A stretch of DNA of 63,971 bases, filler included, from Calcarisporiella thermophila CBS 279.70 (lineage: Eukaryota > Fungi > Calcarisporiellomycota), in assembly GCF_041956535.1 (NCBI RefSeq). It is 6 parts of 6 records of this genome, joined end to end, with 100 filler letters (N's around TTAATTAATTAA, not from the genome) between each part and the next. Parts side by side here need not be neighbours in the genome. Positions count along the whole stretch, not along the records: positions 1 to 14,840 come from NW_027192238.1; 5 more parts are not named here. One strand, given 5' to 3'. A program made the position numbers and the translations under genes. The notes under the pieces were generated by a model that was not told the origin of the DNA, searched no databases, and was given only the letters and a program-made list of their open reading frames with translations. This document shows positions 1 through 11,573 of this stretch, in pieces (position 1 is the stretch's first letter; each line of letters opens with the position of its first letter).

Positions 1-249
1 CGGAGCGGTAATAGAAAGTTCGGATAGAGCAAGACTAAAACTGGAGTGACGAAGCAACCCTTCCTCTCTCCCAATCCGCTCTTTCCCTCCTCCCCTCCTC
101 TTTACTTCATACCTTTCACCAAATACCCGATCACTATATACATCTAATTTACCCTTTATTCCCCCCTTTTCTTATTTCATTGTAATCATTAAACTCTTGT
201 AAGCTACGGAAACTAATAAAAGTCTCCGTTGATTGATCAAAAAAAAAAA
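1..249 (+). mobile_element. 3' end of a non-LTR retroelement (family A), ending AATAAAAGTCTCCGTTGATTGATC(A)n
   Basis: Pyrimidine-rich tail, AATAAA and a poly(A) ending at 249. Bases 152-249 recur almost identically, inverted, at 4889-4982, where they are TSD-flanked. Confidence 0.7.
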
Positions 250-333
250 TAAGAGATTGGTTTTAATAATAATACTAATAGAATAATATAACCAGTGTAT
301 CCTCACCTTAAAAGAGAAAAATAAGAGATTGGT

Positions 334-1340
334 GAGGAACAACAAGACAAAATGGATGGATTTAAGTAAAGATAGGAAATCAGAAAAATGACTCAAAATA
401 GATGTTCCCAAGGATAAACTAAAAATGCATCTTTTCAAAACAAACGATCACAAGAAAACAACAAAAGATCAATAACATAGCACTATATAATCTTATCCCT
501 CGTCATGTGATGTCGTCGGGTGAACCGGCCTACATTAAAGACCGCCACCTCACTCCCCGAATCCCAGAGTGACTGCTTACGTGACTTCTCTGTACCAAAA
601 ACCAATATCCTCGTAACAGGAATGTTGGAAATTGTTATGCATATAATTAGAACCAATATGTGGCGCAGCAAAAGTGGAGGCTTAGTTTCAAAGACTAATT
701 CAAAAAAGAAACGAACATTCCCCAATATTTTGAAGTCTTCCCCCCCTTCAAACGGAAACACCCGTCCATACACCACCAAGTAATGTATCTTATGCAGCTG
801 CAGTTTCCAAGTCAGTCTCGATTTCATGGAAGCGAAATGGCGTGAATTCAGAATGCAACATGGCGGAGATTTTCACGAGATCCAACTCCGTAAACGCAAT
901 TCGATTCTACATAAAAGGAATTAGCCAACTCTGTGATGGAGTGCGTTTCACGAATCTTGGGCCACTATAAAGCCGATGCTTGTGGATGCCGATCCTAGAC
1001 AGGATAGAAGGAGCGGAATTTGCCTTCAGCCCCAAATTCTTGGTGAATAATATCATCAAAAAGGATTCTCCCTTGAGGACGGACAAATACCTCTCTATAA
1101 AGGCTACGACGATCACCACAGCCTCTTGACTGTCAATCTACTCAACCTCTTAATGTAGCTAGAAGAAACCATTTTGGAGCATATACACCATTACTTCGAA
1201 CAATATGCCCCAGTCGAGGAAATCAGAACGGAGCATTTCATTGTAAATGGCGTAAAATATATTCCGGACAAAACGTTCGTTACGCTCAATAATCTATGTA
1301 GAGTAGCAACAAAGTAATAATGAACAATAAGAAATAATAA
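334..1340 (+). mobile_element. Highly degenerate LINE ORF2 C-terminal fragment(s)
   Basis: Starts right after the second TAAGAGATTGGT copy. Stop-riddled translation (LKIDVPKDKLKMHLFKTNDHKKTTKD, KPFWSIY) loosely resembles the zf-RVT region. A-rich end. Boundaries are approximate. Confidence 0.3.
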
Positions 1341-1861
1341 AAGATTTCACAAGTTTCTGTTACAATAAAAATTAGAAAAAGATATTGTATTGTCCCAACG
1401 CAGCTTCAACTGTTTCTCCTATCGCCGCACTTTAGATGCACCACATGCTCTAGAGTATTTGAGGTATCACCACTTTCGTGCTTTTGCCAGTTCCCAGGAC
1501 ACCCCCGATATCCTACCTAGCACGACTGGTGATAGTATTGTAAGAAGCTTGGACATTGTCAAACCGGAATACAACATGGTCCCCATAAATTATATTTGCC
1601 AGTGTACTGAGTCGAGTGTGGTAAAAAGTTAGACTTATTCAACTCTAACCAGCCTATAATTTTGGTTATTTGAAGTTTTTCTTAGCATAGACATCTTAAA
1701 CTAAATTCGTATTTTAAGAGGATTTATTTTCAAGGCAGATCGCCACTTTAATATTTTGCTTTGACTTAAGGAATATTCATGTGTATATGAGGTACAACCC
1801 AACTTTCAGCACATCGTTATGAGAAATGCAGTTAAAAAATATAGTACATATAAGAGAAGCT

Positions 1862-2552
1862 CTACTCTCTTCCGCGTACGATTTGAGACACAATCTTCGC
1901 AAATCTTTGGCCTTGGATGCGCGCCGTTTCGAGCTCGTTTTCAGACGGCAAGCGGGCTCCAGTCGGCGTGGTAATTGTACCGGCACCATAGGGAGACCCT
2001 CCGGTAATTTCATCGATTGTCGTGAGGTTCTTGTAAGCATGCTTATAACCGAGGGGCACGTAGATGATGCCGTGGTGGACCAAGGTGGTTAGGAAGGTGA
2101 GAGCGGTGGTCTCTTGCCCACCGTGCTGCGAGCTCGTTGAGAAGAACGTGCCGGCGAATTTCCCATCAAGGGCACCCTTTGCCCAGAGCTGACCAGTTGA
2201 ATCGATGAACGATTGCCACTGAGCACTCTTATTACCGTAACGGGTGGGAACACCAAAGAGAATCCCGTCGGCTTCCGCCAGCTTATCGGGGGTGAGGATG
2301 GGGTCATCCGACTTGGGGGGAGCATGCATCTTTTCAAGGACTATAGCGAAAAAGGGCAAGCAATGAATAATTGGGTTGGTTTTTATCATCGAGCATCGAT
2401 TAGTCTGCATTACCTTCTTGGGGGAGCGTTTCCGGAATCTGATAAACCTCGACCTCGACTCCGGGAATCTTTCTAACCCCCTCAGCTTCGGCGTGGGCCA
2501 AGGTGCGGACGTGGCCGTACAGGGAATAGTAAACAACAAATATTTTGACCAT
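1862..2552 (-). CDS. Flavodoxin-like NAD(P)H:quinone oxidoreductase (WrbA/PST2/YCP4 family), 2 exons
   Basis: Exon 1 2552-2414 MVKIFVVYYSLYGHV...QIPETLPQE; GT-AG intron 2413-2341; exon 2 has FGVPTRYG, STSSQHGGQETT, GGSPYGAG. Confidence 0.93.
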
Positions 2553-2891
2553 TTTTCCTGTGTGGTAGTAGACAGTAAAACGAGAATATAGTGTTTAGAT
2601 CTAGGATGAAGTGAAGCTTCCTCGATTTCAGGCAGCCTAATTTTATATTAGTGCTTGCCCGAGAAAAATCTCCTCCTTTTGGAACACAGTCTCCTAGCGC
2701 ATGAGTTTCTAAGCCACTGGGCTGAATTGCACAATACTCTTATCCGGTTGTGTGAGAACCTCAATGAATTTCCCAATTACACCTTGGGTGAAACAACGGC
2801 TCCAGAACTTTTAGTGCTCACGTCGCTTTCATGCTCGTATCAATTCAGCTCTCTCCCATGGTCTCCTCTATATGATATTGGAGGTGCCCCC

Positions 2892-3310
2892 TTTTTTCCT
2901 TTTGGACGAAAGTACTTGGGTCCTTTGGTTTATTTAAGTATATTATATAGGCGAAAGAAACTTTCGAATAAGAGTTAGTATAAGAATAAGAACCCGATTT
3001 TTTCAATTATTGAAAAAATCCAAGCTTGCATCCGTCGATCGAATAGAAGCGATATCTGAAGGCAATATCATAGCGATTTGTGGGATTTTTCCATTGCGTT
3101 TTCTCGCGGTGCTGAATCTCGCACTTTCGAAGAAGGCGCGTTCTATGGTATCAATCCCTTCCGATTGGCATCTGTTGTGGTTAAAAGTCGGATCAAAGGC
3201 TTGGACGATAATTGCTATGACTGATTTATGCTGTAGGGAGCTTCGTCGAAGAATTCTAAGCTTTAGTTCATTTGGAGGAGAATTCCAAACCTTCCAAGCT
3301 TCCTTTTAGA
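2892..3310 (-). mobile_element. Degenerate LINE 3' end (family B)
   Basis: The minus strand reads HNRCQSEGIDTIERAFFES (decayed zinc-knuckle-like), then AATAAACCAAAGGACCCAAGT...GTCC and an A-tail. The terminal ~45 bp match 4997-5045. Confidence 0.55.
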
Positions 3311-3879
3311 TAGCTTTACATGAAGTGATGCGGTGAATCTCTTGTTCAAGTTGATGGTGCAAGCAATTTTGCCTTTCATCAATCATGTAACTTTATTATG
3401 ATCAATAGATCTCGAACATTGCAAGCAGTTAGGTAAGGAGAAGATGAACACTACGGGAAATCGACGTGTTCCATGGTTATGTACTTTTGATTCGTAGTCG
3501 TAGTGATTGATATGTTGGCGTATAATAATAAACGCATTACTCATATCCATAATTAATGTAAATAAAGACTCAAGCTTTATTGATCATCTTAATGAGAGCG
3601 CTAATCGGTAAGTGGTCAACAATCACAACCTCGAAGCGAATGCCGGTGGGAAAAGCGTGATTAGAGCCCTCGTCATAACATTCAGCATCCATGGGGTGGA
3701 CTAATACGCCCTCCATTTTTTTTCTTTTGGCCGCGAACCATACACCATCCTTCCCGCGAAATTTTCATTTTTCCATCAAAGTGGTATATTGAAAGTGGAG
3801 GATAGGTCCATACAATGTAATATATCGGAATTACAGTAAATGATTAACGTAAAAAAATTATGCATCTAGTTGGTTTCTT

Positions 3880-4871
3880 TTCTCTCGGCATTGGATTCAA
3901 AGGAGCGAGCAATGTGGAAAAGCTCAAGACAGAGGAGAAGGAAGAGGAGGCGAAAGGGGACTCGGTGAGGTATTTTCAGACACATCCTTGGTAAAGGAAG
4001 GTTCCTTTCCCGAGTCCACGTTCCATTTCCGGTTGTCTTCCACTATTCACTTCAAAAAGTGCTTGTTTATGAAGCGATCTGCACTCGATTTTTCTGCCCC
4101 AGCGGACGAAAGTTAGTATCTCGTTAAGTAGGTACGGCGGTGTTGGAGGTTTTGGCTCCTCAATCTGTCGGATCCCATCTATTTCTATGATTAAAGGGCA
4201 TCTGTAGAGAGGTAGCGACAAGATCTCGGTCGCCGTCCATTTTGGTGATGCCACCGGACTACCTCCGAGCGTGCGCCACATTTGGAGCATGTTAAACCAG
4301 AACCCACCCTTGCGTTTGAGTTTGGACATGGGGAATGCGGTAGCAAAGGTGGCTGTACCATATCCTTCCGGTGCATATTTCCCTATTAGATTAAGGAGAG
4401 TGATGGTCATATGAAGATCCGGGGGGATCCAGTAGAGCTACATCCGTTGTTTTTGATATGAGTGCTGTGCTGACCCAGAATAGATCCAGTCGCGATCTCA
4501 TTAGAGAGCTTCTGTGTGAGTACGTGAACTGGTCGCCTTTGGAGGAAAAGTGCCTGTGGACGTCCGTGAGGAAGGCCGCAGACGTGATCATCCGAAGTCT
4601 ATGTGAGGAGCCTCTGCGGTTTTGGGAGTTAGGAGCTGGTGGTGTGCGGTCAATTGCTGGATCAAGATGTGTGTTGAAGTCGCCTCCCATTATTAACCGG
4701 TGTGCTTCCAGTGAGGCTGGAAATGTGTCATAGAAAGCCTGAGTGTCCGGCTCTGCGGATGGGGGCGTATACATTTATAAGGGTGATCGGGTAGGGGAGG
4801 AGAGGAGAAAGTGCCATACATTTTAGGACACGGCCTTCCAAGTCGATGTCCACGTCGGAAAGGATAATGTC
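3880..4871 (-). mobile_element. 5'-truncated, internally deleted L1/Tx1-like non-LTR retrotransposon (APE endonuclease fragment)
   Basis: EGRVL...TLINVYAP, then after a frameshift MGGDFN, FTY, SRLDLFWVS, YDH are APE motifs. These are followed directly by GFWFNMLQMW...EILSLPLY, resembling post-RT sequence. Lower boundary is approximate. Confidence 0.75.
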
Positions 4872-4888
4872 GCCCACAATGAAAAAAA

Positions 4889-4981
4889 TTTTTTTGATCA
4901 ATCAGCGGAGACTTTTATTAGTTTCCGTAGCTTACAAGAGTTTAATTATTACAATGAAAAAAAGAAAGGGGGGAATAAAGG
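4889..4981 (-). mobile_element. 5'-truncated family A retroelement end with poly(A), TSD-flanked
   Basis: Reverse complement of 152-249. Flanked by GCCCACAATGAA at 4872-4883 and 4982-4993. Confidence 0.8.
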
Positions 4982-4993
4982 GCCCACAATGAA

Positions 4994-5194
4994 TTTTTTT
5001 TTCCTCTAAGGACGCGGGAACTTGGGTCCTGTGGTTTATTTAATATATATTACAAATGTGAGATGTGCTTTCGGACAGGCTTATTGAGTACTAGAAGAAC
5101 ATGGGATATAATTAAAGAGTTCCGTGCTTGGAAATGTCGGATTAAGTGTTCTTATCTTCCTCGAAATCGAATGCTACTTCTTTGCTTTCATAAG
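4994..5194 (-). mobile_element. 5'-truncated family B retroelement end with poly(A), TSD-flanked
   Basis: AATAAA and A9 tail on the minus strand. 3' end is shared with 2892-2940. Flanked by GCCCACAATGAA at 4982-4993 and 5195-5206. Confidence 0.75.
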
Positions 5195-5439
5195 GCCCAC
5201 AATGAAAAATTCATGTGACTGGTTTTCCAAACTCTGTCTACAATATGATATAATTTGAAAACAAGCTGTTACGTGGGTTTTGGGGTTTATCGTGAATATT
5301 TGTACGTAAAGAAAACAAATGAAAGATTTTCTTAAAAAAAGAATAAGACAATAAATTTCAAGACTATTACTCAATATAAAAAAAACTAATCTGCCTCCCC
5401 GTTCACTCACGCTTGTATCTCTTCTTTTATAACAAAATT

Positions 5440-5533
5440 AAACTAAATAGAACGAACCGATTAAACAAACTGGTTAAACGAACTGAATAGACAAACTGGT
5501 TAAACAACTAGTTTAACAAAACAGAACAAACTT
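5440..5533. repeat. Degenerate ~12-bp tandem repeat (AACTGGTTAAAC-like)
   Basis: Visible units aaccgattaaac / aaactggttaaac / gaactgaatagac / aaactggttaaac / aactagtttaac. Confidence 0.55.
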
Positions 5534-5697
5534 GCATAAAATTTTCAAAGCGCTAGTAATTTGCCGAAAGATTATTAAGGTAACAAAAACTAATTGTGCA
5601 TAAAGTTAAAGAAGAAAAGAAGTTTTTTTTGGCTTATAGTGGCGCAGTTATGACTGTCTGTATGAAATACCGATATTCCCTCAACAAAGCCACCCAA

Positions 5698-5769
5698 GCC
5701 GTTGTAGTATAATGGTTAGTACATCACGTTGTGGCCGTGATGATCCCGGTTCGATTCCGGGCAACGGCA
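5698..5769 (+). tRNA. tRNA-His(GTG)
   Basis: Acceptor stem GCCGTTG/CAACGGC, anticodon arm TCACG-TTGTGGC-CGTGA, T-loop TTCGATT, downstream T-tract. Confidence 0.95.
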
Positions 5770-5817
5770 ATAATGATTTTTAATTTTTTTTCTCTGTGTC
5801 GCAATTATCTCTATGAC

Positions 5818-6939
5818 ATGGCATTGGCAATCCGGATTTTCGACCAGATTTATTTACGACGTAAGGAGATTCATAACTTACGTGAAGCTCTCGATGGTAA
5901 CGATGCTGCCCTCAGTCAATTTGGTTTTTTTGAATGTCGAATTAATATAATTTGTTTCTCTTATTGTAGAGCTCATTATATATATAGAGGAGCATAGTCC
6001 AGAATCTACGCCATCTGCTTGCATCCTCATATACACTCTGCGAGAAGCTCTTCAATCTGGAGCATTATTTACCACTGAAATAGATACTATGATTAATATG
6101 CTTGATAGCCTGGAGCGGATAAGAAGAGAGTGTGTTAATGCAACGAGAGCGGTCTCGAATGCGGAGGGCTGTGAAGAAGATAAATCAATGATAATGAGAT
6201 TTGAGAACATATTCGTTGCCTTCAAGCGTGAAGTAATATTTTTCTTCTATTTGATTTCCTTCCCTTCATTTTATAATAGCGTTTTCAACCTTTTAGAGAG
6301 TTTTGCGTGAGCTATTAACTAGCCCTTTTGATCCTGCAAAGTAGGACCTCTATGCTGACTTGGCAATTTCGGCTCTGCCCTTTAATGTCTTTTTAATTCC
6401 TCTTTTAGCTGCCTTACCATTATTAATCGTCATTTTCCGCTCAAAATATTATCTACGGCTCCTCATCTTCAATTGCAGTACATCGCGACTCCACGAACAC
6501 AGCTTGTTGAGTTAATAGGCAACGTTGAAGAGTTCTTAGTGATGTCAAGGAAAAATAAAATACGGAAACGCAGGTAGAATACTCCCTCCTCATCTACTTT
6601 TGGGTATATTCTATTAATTATAGTAGCGCGTTTGTATTAGAAAAAAAATGGAGAAAACTTGGGAAGAAGATAAGAGTGAGCATATTCAACAGTGCCCTGC
6701 TCTCAAACAGGCGCTTTCAATGGTTAGCTGGGAATTGGTTGTAAATGCAGCAGGCAGATACCTCGATCTGGCAGAAACTCAAATAACAGAAGCAATGAAG
6801 GTGCAAGAGCTAGCGGACGACAGTGTTATTACTATAGTCGAGGAGGTAACTTGGGTTTGGTACCCTTTCTTCTCCCATATCAACTAATTCCTTATTTCGC
6901 TTCTAGCTCATCCAGTTTGTGGGCGTGCAGCAGTCCTGA
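5818..6939 (+). CDS. Hypothetical multi-exon helical protein
   Basis: Open exons (MALAIRIFDQ..., MINMLDSLERIRRE..., MEKTWEEDK...) separated by short AT-rich GT-AG segments. Last exon LIQFVGVQQS*. No family recognised; exon structure is tentative. Confidence 0.55.
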
Positions 6940-7232
6940 CTCTGTCCCAAAAACTATACCCATGGACCACTTGCATTTTGTCATTTTTTTAAGATTAGCA
7001 TTCGCCTTTTATTTGATTTCATTTGAAAAAAGGCCATATAATAAAATGAAAAGAGAGAGAAGAGGAAAAAAAAAGAAACGAAAGGTAAGAGCTGGTTTCA
7101 TTACTGAAGTCTAGAACATATATAAATATACATCTCAATCTAAAAGAGGCAAAAATAAGAGAATATGACTCCACGATATATATAAAGCATTCAACATTCC
7201 CACCCTCATTGTCGTCGCCGATTTTCTCCTCC

Positions 7233-9162
7233 TCATTTAGCGTAGAAACTATTGTACAGCCCAATTGTTTCAGGCGCGTCCACATCTGCTGCATTTACTT
7301 TCGTCTTGGCAGAGTCGTTTCGTGTCTGTTCAAGCCCCGTAAGATATTCCATCGTCACCCCTCCCGTCACGTAATTGCCATCAAACACCGAGCAGTCGAA
7401 CTGTTTCAGAGAAGGATTCAACTTCCGGCAAGCCTCAATTAAATCAGATAAGTCTTGGAAGATGATTTGGTCGGCGCCGATCTCGTGAGCTATTTCGTCA
7501 TCATTGCGGTTGTACGCAACAAGCTCCATGCGGGAGGGCATATCGATGCCGTAGACGTTGGGAAAGCGAATGGCAGGAGCGCACGAGGCAATGTAGACCT
7601 TTTTTGCGCCAGCTTCTCGTGCCATCTGGATGATTTGCTGGGAAGTAGTGCCACGTACTACTGAATCGTCGACGAGCAGCACATTTTTCCCAGAAAATTC
7701 TAGAGCCATAGCATTCAATTTTCTCCGAACATTTTTTCTGCGCAAGTGTTGACCTGGCATGATGAAAGTACGCCCCACATACCGATTTTTGATGAATCCT
7801 TCTCTGTATGGAATCCCTAGCTTGTGGGACAGCTGGAGAGCAGCAACACGACTTGTGTCGGGCACCGGAATCACAACGTCCAACTCACTCAATTTGTCAC
7901 CCAGTGATGCGGCAACCTTGGTTGCAAGAGCCTCACCCATAGACAGTCGCGACTGGTACACCGAGATTCCGTCCATTATACTGTCGGGTCTTGCAAAGTA
8001 AACGTACTCGAAAATGCATGGTGAGTAGCTTTGAGGCTCAACCAGCTGGCGCCGGCTCAGCTGTTGCCGAGTAATGATGATTGCTTCGCCCGGATTCACA
8101 TCCTCAAATCCGGAAAAGCCTAGTGCATCCAGCACTACACTCTCAGATGAAAACATGTAGTCAGTGCCCTTGCTTGAAGTACGTCGTCCAAACCCGATTG
8201 GCCTGATGCCATTAGGATCACGGAAGCCGATGATGCCAAAGCCAGCAATCATAGCGACGCATGCATAACCGCCCTTACATTGCTGGAAGAGATTCTTGAT
8301 GGCCATGAAAATATCCTCTTCATTAATTCTATTTTCAATCATAAGTGAGTTATAAAATTCTCAAGATGGATGGTGGATAAAACAAAAAAATAAAGCAGCA
8401 AGTGTAATAAATAAAATATTAAATATTTACCTAAATTTGCCTGTTTTCTGTAGATTGTTGGCAAAAATATTTAATAGCAGCTCCGAATCAGAATCAGTAT
8501 TGATATGTCGATGAGCCTCCATATCTAGGAAGTTCTTAAGTTCACTAGCATTAATGAGGTTTCCGTTCTGGTAAAAATAAAGGTATCGTATTGGAGTTAG
8601 TATGAGAGGAGAGAAGCGGAGAGATATAGAGGTTGATTTACATGTGCAAGCACGATGCCATAGGGACTGTTCACATAAAAAGGTTGCGCTTCTGAGAGGG
8701 ATGAGGTACCCGCGGTCGGATATCTCACTAAAAAATGTATGAATAATTTGGGTGAATCAATACAATTCAAATTGACTTCCAATAAATTTTATTACCATGA
8801 CCAACTCCCATGCTGCCAATAAGTCGTAGCAATTGTTTCTCATCGAAAACATCGCGGACCATGCCGTTGCCTTTGCACTGGTACAAACGGCCTTTGTAAC
8901 CGCAAGTAACGATACCAGCAGCATCCTAAGGTTGACATTGCAAATTAGAACATATTAATTAATATAAAATATAGAAGGCCTTGGGTTAACATTAGGAAGA
9001 ATGGGAGAGAAGATTTGAATTTAAGAGGAGTATGATCTTTATGAAGAGAGAATATTGAATATATACCTGACCGCGGTGTTGCAGAATGGATAGACCTTCA
9101 AAAAGCTCGGGGCATACAGCACCTTCGGGATCAGCGAGCAGGAGTGCTTCGATACCGCACAT
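7233..9162 (-). CDS. ADE4: Amidophosphoribosyltransferase, multi-exon
   Basis: N-terminal MCGI (catalytic Cys), [36 protein letters not shown] and PRPP-binding [13 protein letters not shown]. Confidence 0.96.
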
Positions 9163-10193
9163 AGTTTTTTTCTGCTTGGACCTTTGAAATAGCAATAGGA
9201 GAAAGTGAAAAGAAAAATGTCCACTTCGGCAGCTGAACTTCAATTTTCTTTGTTTACAGTGCAATTAGTAAATTGAATTTGAAATTTCAGTGTGACTATT
9301 GGGTTTTTTCTCACAACCCTCATTACTAATGTCTCTGTAGAGACCATTATATTTATTGATTGTCCTCTATTGCTCTTGGATAGTATGGCTGAAGGTAACT
9401 GTAGTAACTAATACATAGGTGGATTTTTCATTAAATATTGAGACCAAGCTATTGAAATAAAGTTTAACCATTTTGTGAATATGATAAACTCAGCATCGCA
9501 TTAAACTATTATGAAATCAGCTTGACGATTGGAATGATTTGTTTAGATATGTATACTGATTGCCACATTTTCTTTGGTATAGATCTAACATCCTACATGT
9601 GAAGTTAATTGAGCCTGCACAGAATTGAAAAAGCTTCCCCTGCTAGAGTGAGAATTTCTGGATGTAGCCTGAAAGGAATAGTGACCAGGTTGTTTCTTTT
9701 CTTTGTAAGCAAATGTATAAAATAAAATTTCCAATGTAATGTAATACATGCTACTCTACACGTAAATTTATCGATGCTATGATTTCTGGACTACAATGAC
9801 TCGAGATTAGTCTTCAAATTCTAAAAACAACGAAAACTCATTTGCATTTAAGGGTGGCATATGGAAGTATGGCCAATTGCTTTACCTATACTTGACCGAC
9901 AAGTGTTTCGATTATTTTTATAAAAATGTAAAGGAGGCAAACAAGTAGAGCATTTACATCCACTAGTTCCATGATGGGCTTCTTTTTCTCATCAGCAAAA
10001 CCATTGAAACTACCAGCAAGAATAGAGTATTTAAGTCTGCATTTGGATTTCAAGCCACAAACAGTGACATTCTGCTGCAGAAACCTGCATCGAAAATCAT
10101 CTGTCAACGGATTGCTGACGTAGACAATAATTTAAATCCTAAACTTTCTTTTGCTATTTTCTCTTTACTTAAACTATATCCATAACAGTCGTA

Positions 10194-11573
10194 ATGGCGG
10201 CGTTGAGTGAGTTTAAAGAAACTCTTAGCTCGGAGGTCTATGTTGATATCGAGAAACTGCGAGATAGTGCTCGTCATGGAATACCGGCAGAAGTTCGAAG
10301 GGTAAAGCTTCAAGATTGGGATCCTGAATAATTTTACACCAATTATCCATCGTCCATGCAGCATATGTTCTAAACATTCATTCTTAGGATGTTTGGAAGT
10401 TCCTGCTCGGAGTCGAGGAGGCCGACCGCTGTAAATTGCTTCTTGTCATCTTTGATCTTCCACCATTCTGATTTTTTTTTTTTAATATTCTTTTTTTCCC
10501 CTCCACTCCTTCACATTCTTACAGCGAAAGAGCTCTCCCACATTAAAGCAAAATCAGAAGAATACCAGCAAATCGATAAAGAAAATCACGAGATAACTAA
10601 ACGTGTAAGAGGAGAAGTAAGTCGTTACCAGCGGCGACTAAACTTACCTATGACCAAGGAGATGAGCACTATTTTTGAGCGAGTCATTTGCGCGTATATA
10701 AATCATAACCGACATATTGACTACTCACCCGCACTCATATCCTTATGTGGACCATTCGTATTAACGCTGCAGAAGGAATCTGAGATATACTATTGTTTTG
10801 AAAAGCTCATGCACATACTGAGTACGTGTTTTACTAAATTAGAAGTTTAAAATATCGATAAACAATAATTGTTTTATAGATGATTATTCTGCTGCACATT
10901 CTATCAACGAACGAGTAGCCAACTTTGTAACACTATTTCGGTCAACCATTCCCGACCTGTAAGTGACATTTTGAGGAACTATAATCTGTTACGCTTTATT
11001 ACTTCACATATTTGCATATATGAATGAATATCTGTCTTTAGATATAGTTATTTCGAAGAAGAGGAGGTCGATCTGAACGAGTGGGTAACATCCTGGCTAC
11101 AATATTTACTTTCCAGAGAGCTTCAAATGGAAAACCTTCTTCGGCTATGGGGTTGATTCTAAGTTTATATTCTATTTTATTTTCTCGATGAATTTTAATC
11201 CTTTTTTATTATTAAGACACCTATTTTTCTACCCCTGACTTCCTTGATTTTCATCCTTATGTTTGCTTGGGTATGGCCTTTTTTTTTCGTTTCTATCTGA
11301 ATATTCTAATCGATAATCGTTGGCTCTTTTATATTTTTTGACCTACCTGTATATAGCACTTCTTAAGCATAGTAAGGAACACCTCGAGGAGTTGGAGCAG
11401 TCGGAAATTCGAACATTATTATTACGGCTACCCACCCTAGAAATTGATCAGGTATTTATGAAGTAGCAATTTTTATTTACTTGGTCTTATATATTATTTT
11501 ATGGAAGATCATCAATCAAGCATATAATATTCGGCACGAGATCTTGGAGCGTCAAATATCTGACGGGTTGTAA
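10194..11573 (+). CDS. TBC-domain Rab GTPase-activating protein (Gyp1/TBC1D22-like), multi-exon
   Basis: VDIEKLRDSARHGIPAEVR, VWKFLLG, YYCFEKLM and WLQYLLSREL...LLRLWDTY across GT-AG introns. Confidence 0.82.

Noticed and set aside
3565-3725. U3 snoRNA-like 5' end (AAGACT...GATCAT)
   Set aside because: Only patchy resemblance; boxes C and D and the terminal stem were not found.
152-4982. ~95-bp inverted repeats as TIRs of a DNA transposon carrying the quinone reductase
   Set aside because: Each copy ends in poly(A) and is followed by its own, different duplicated target, so they are independent retro-insertions in opposite orientation.
9480-10107. Small minus-strand gene or Sm-site snRNA between ADE4 and the TBC gene
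   Set aside because: I could not build a stop-free spliced frame, and the AATTTCTGG motif lacks U1/U11 5' features.
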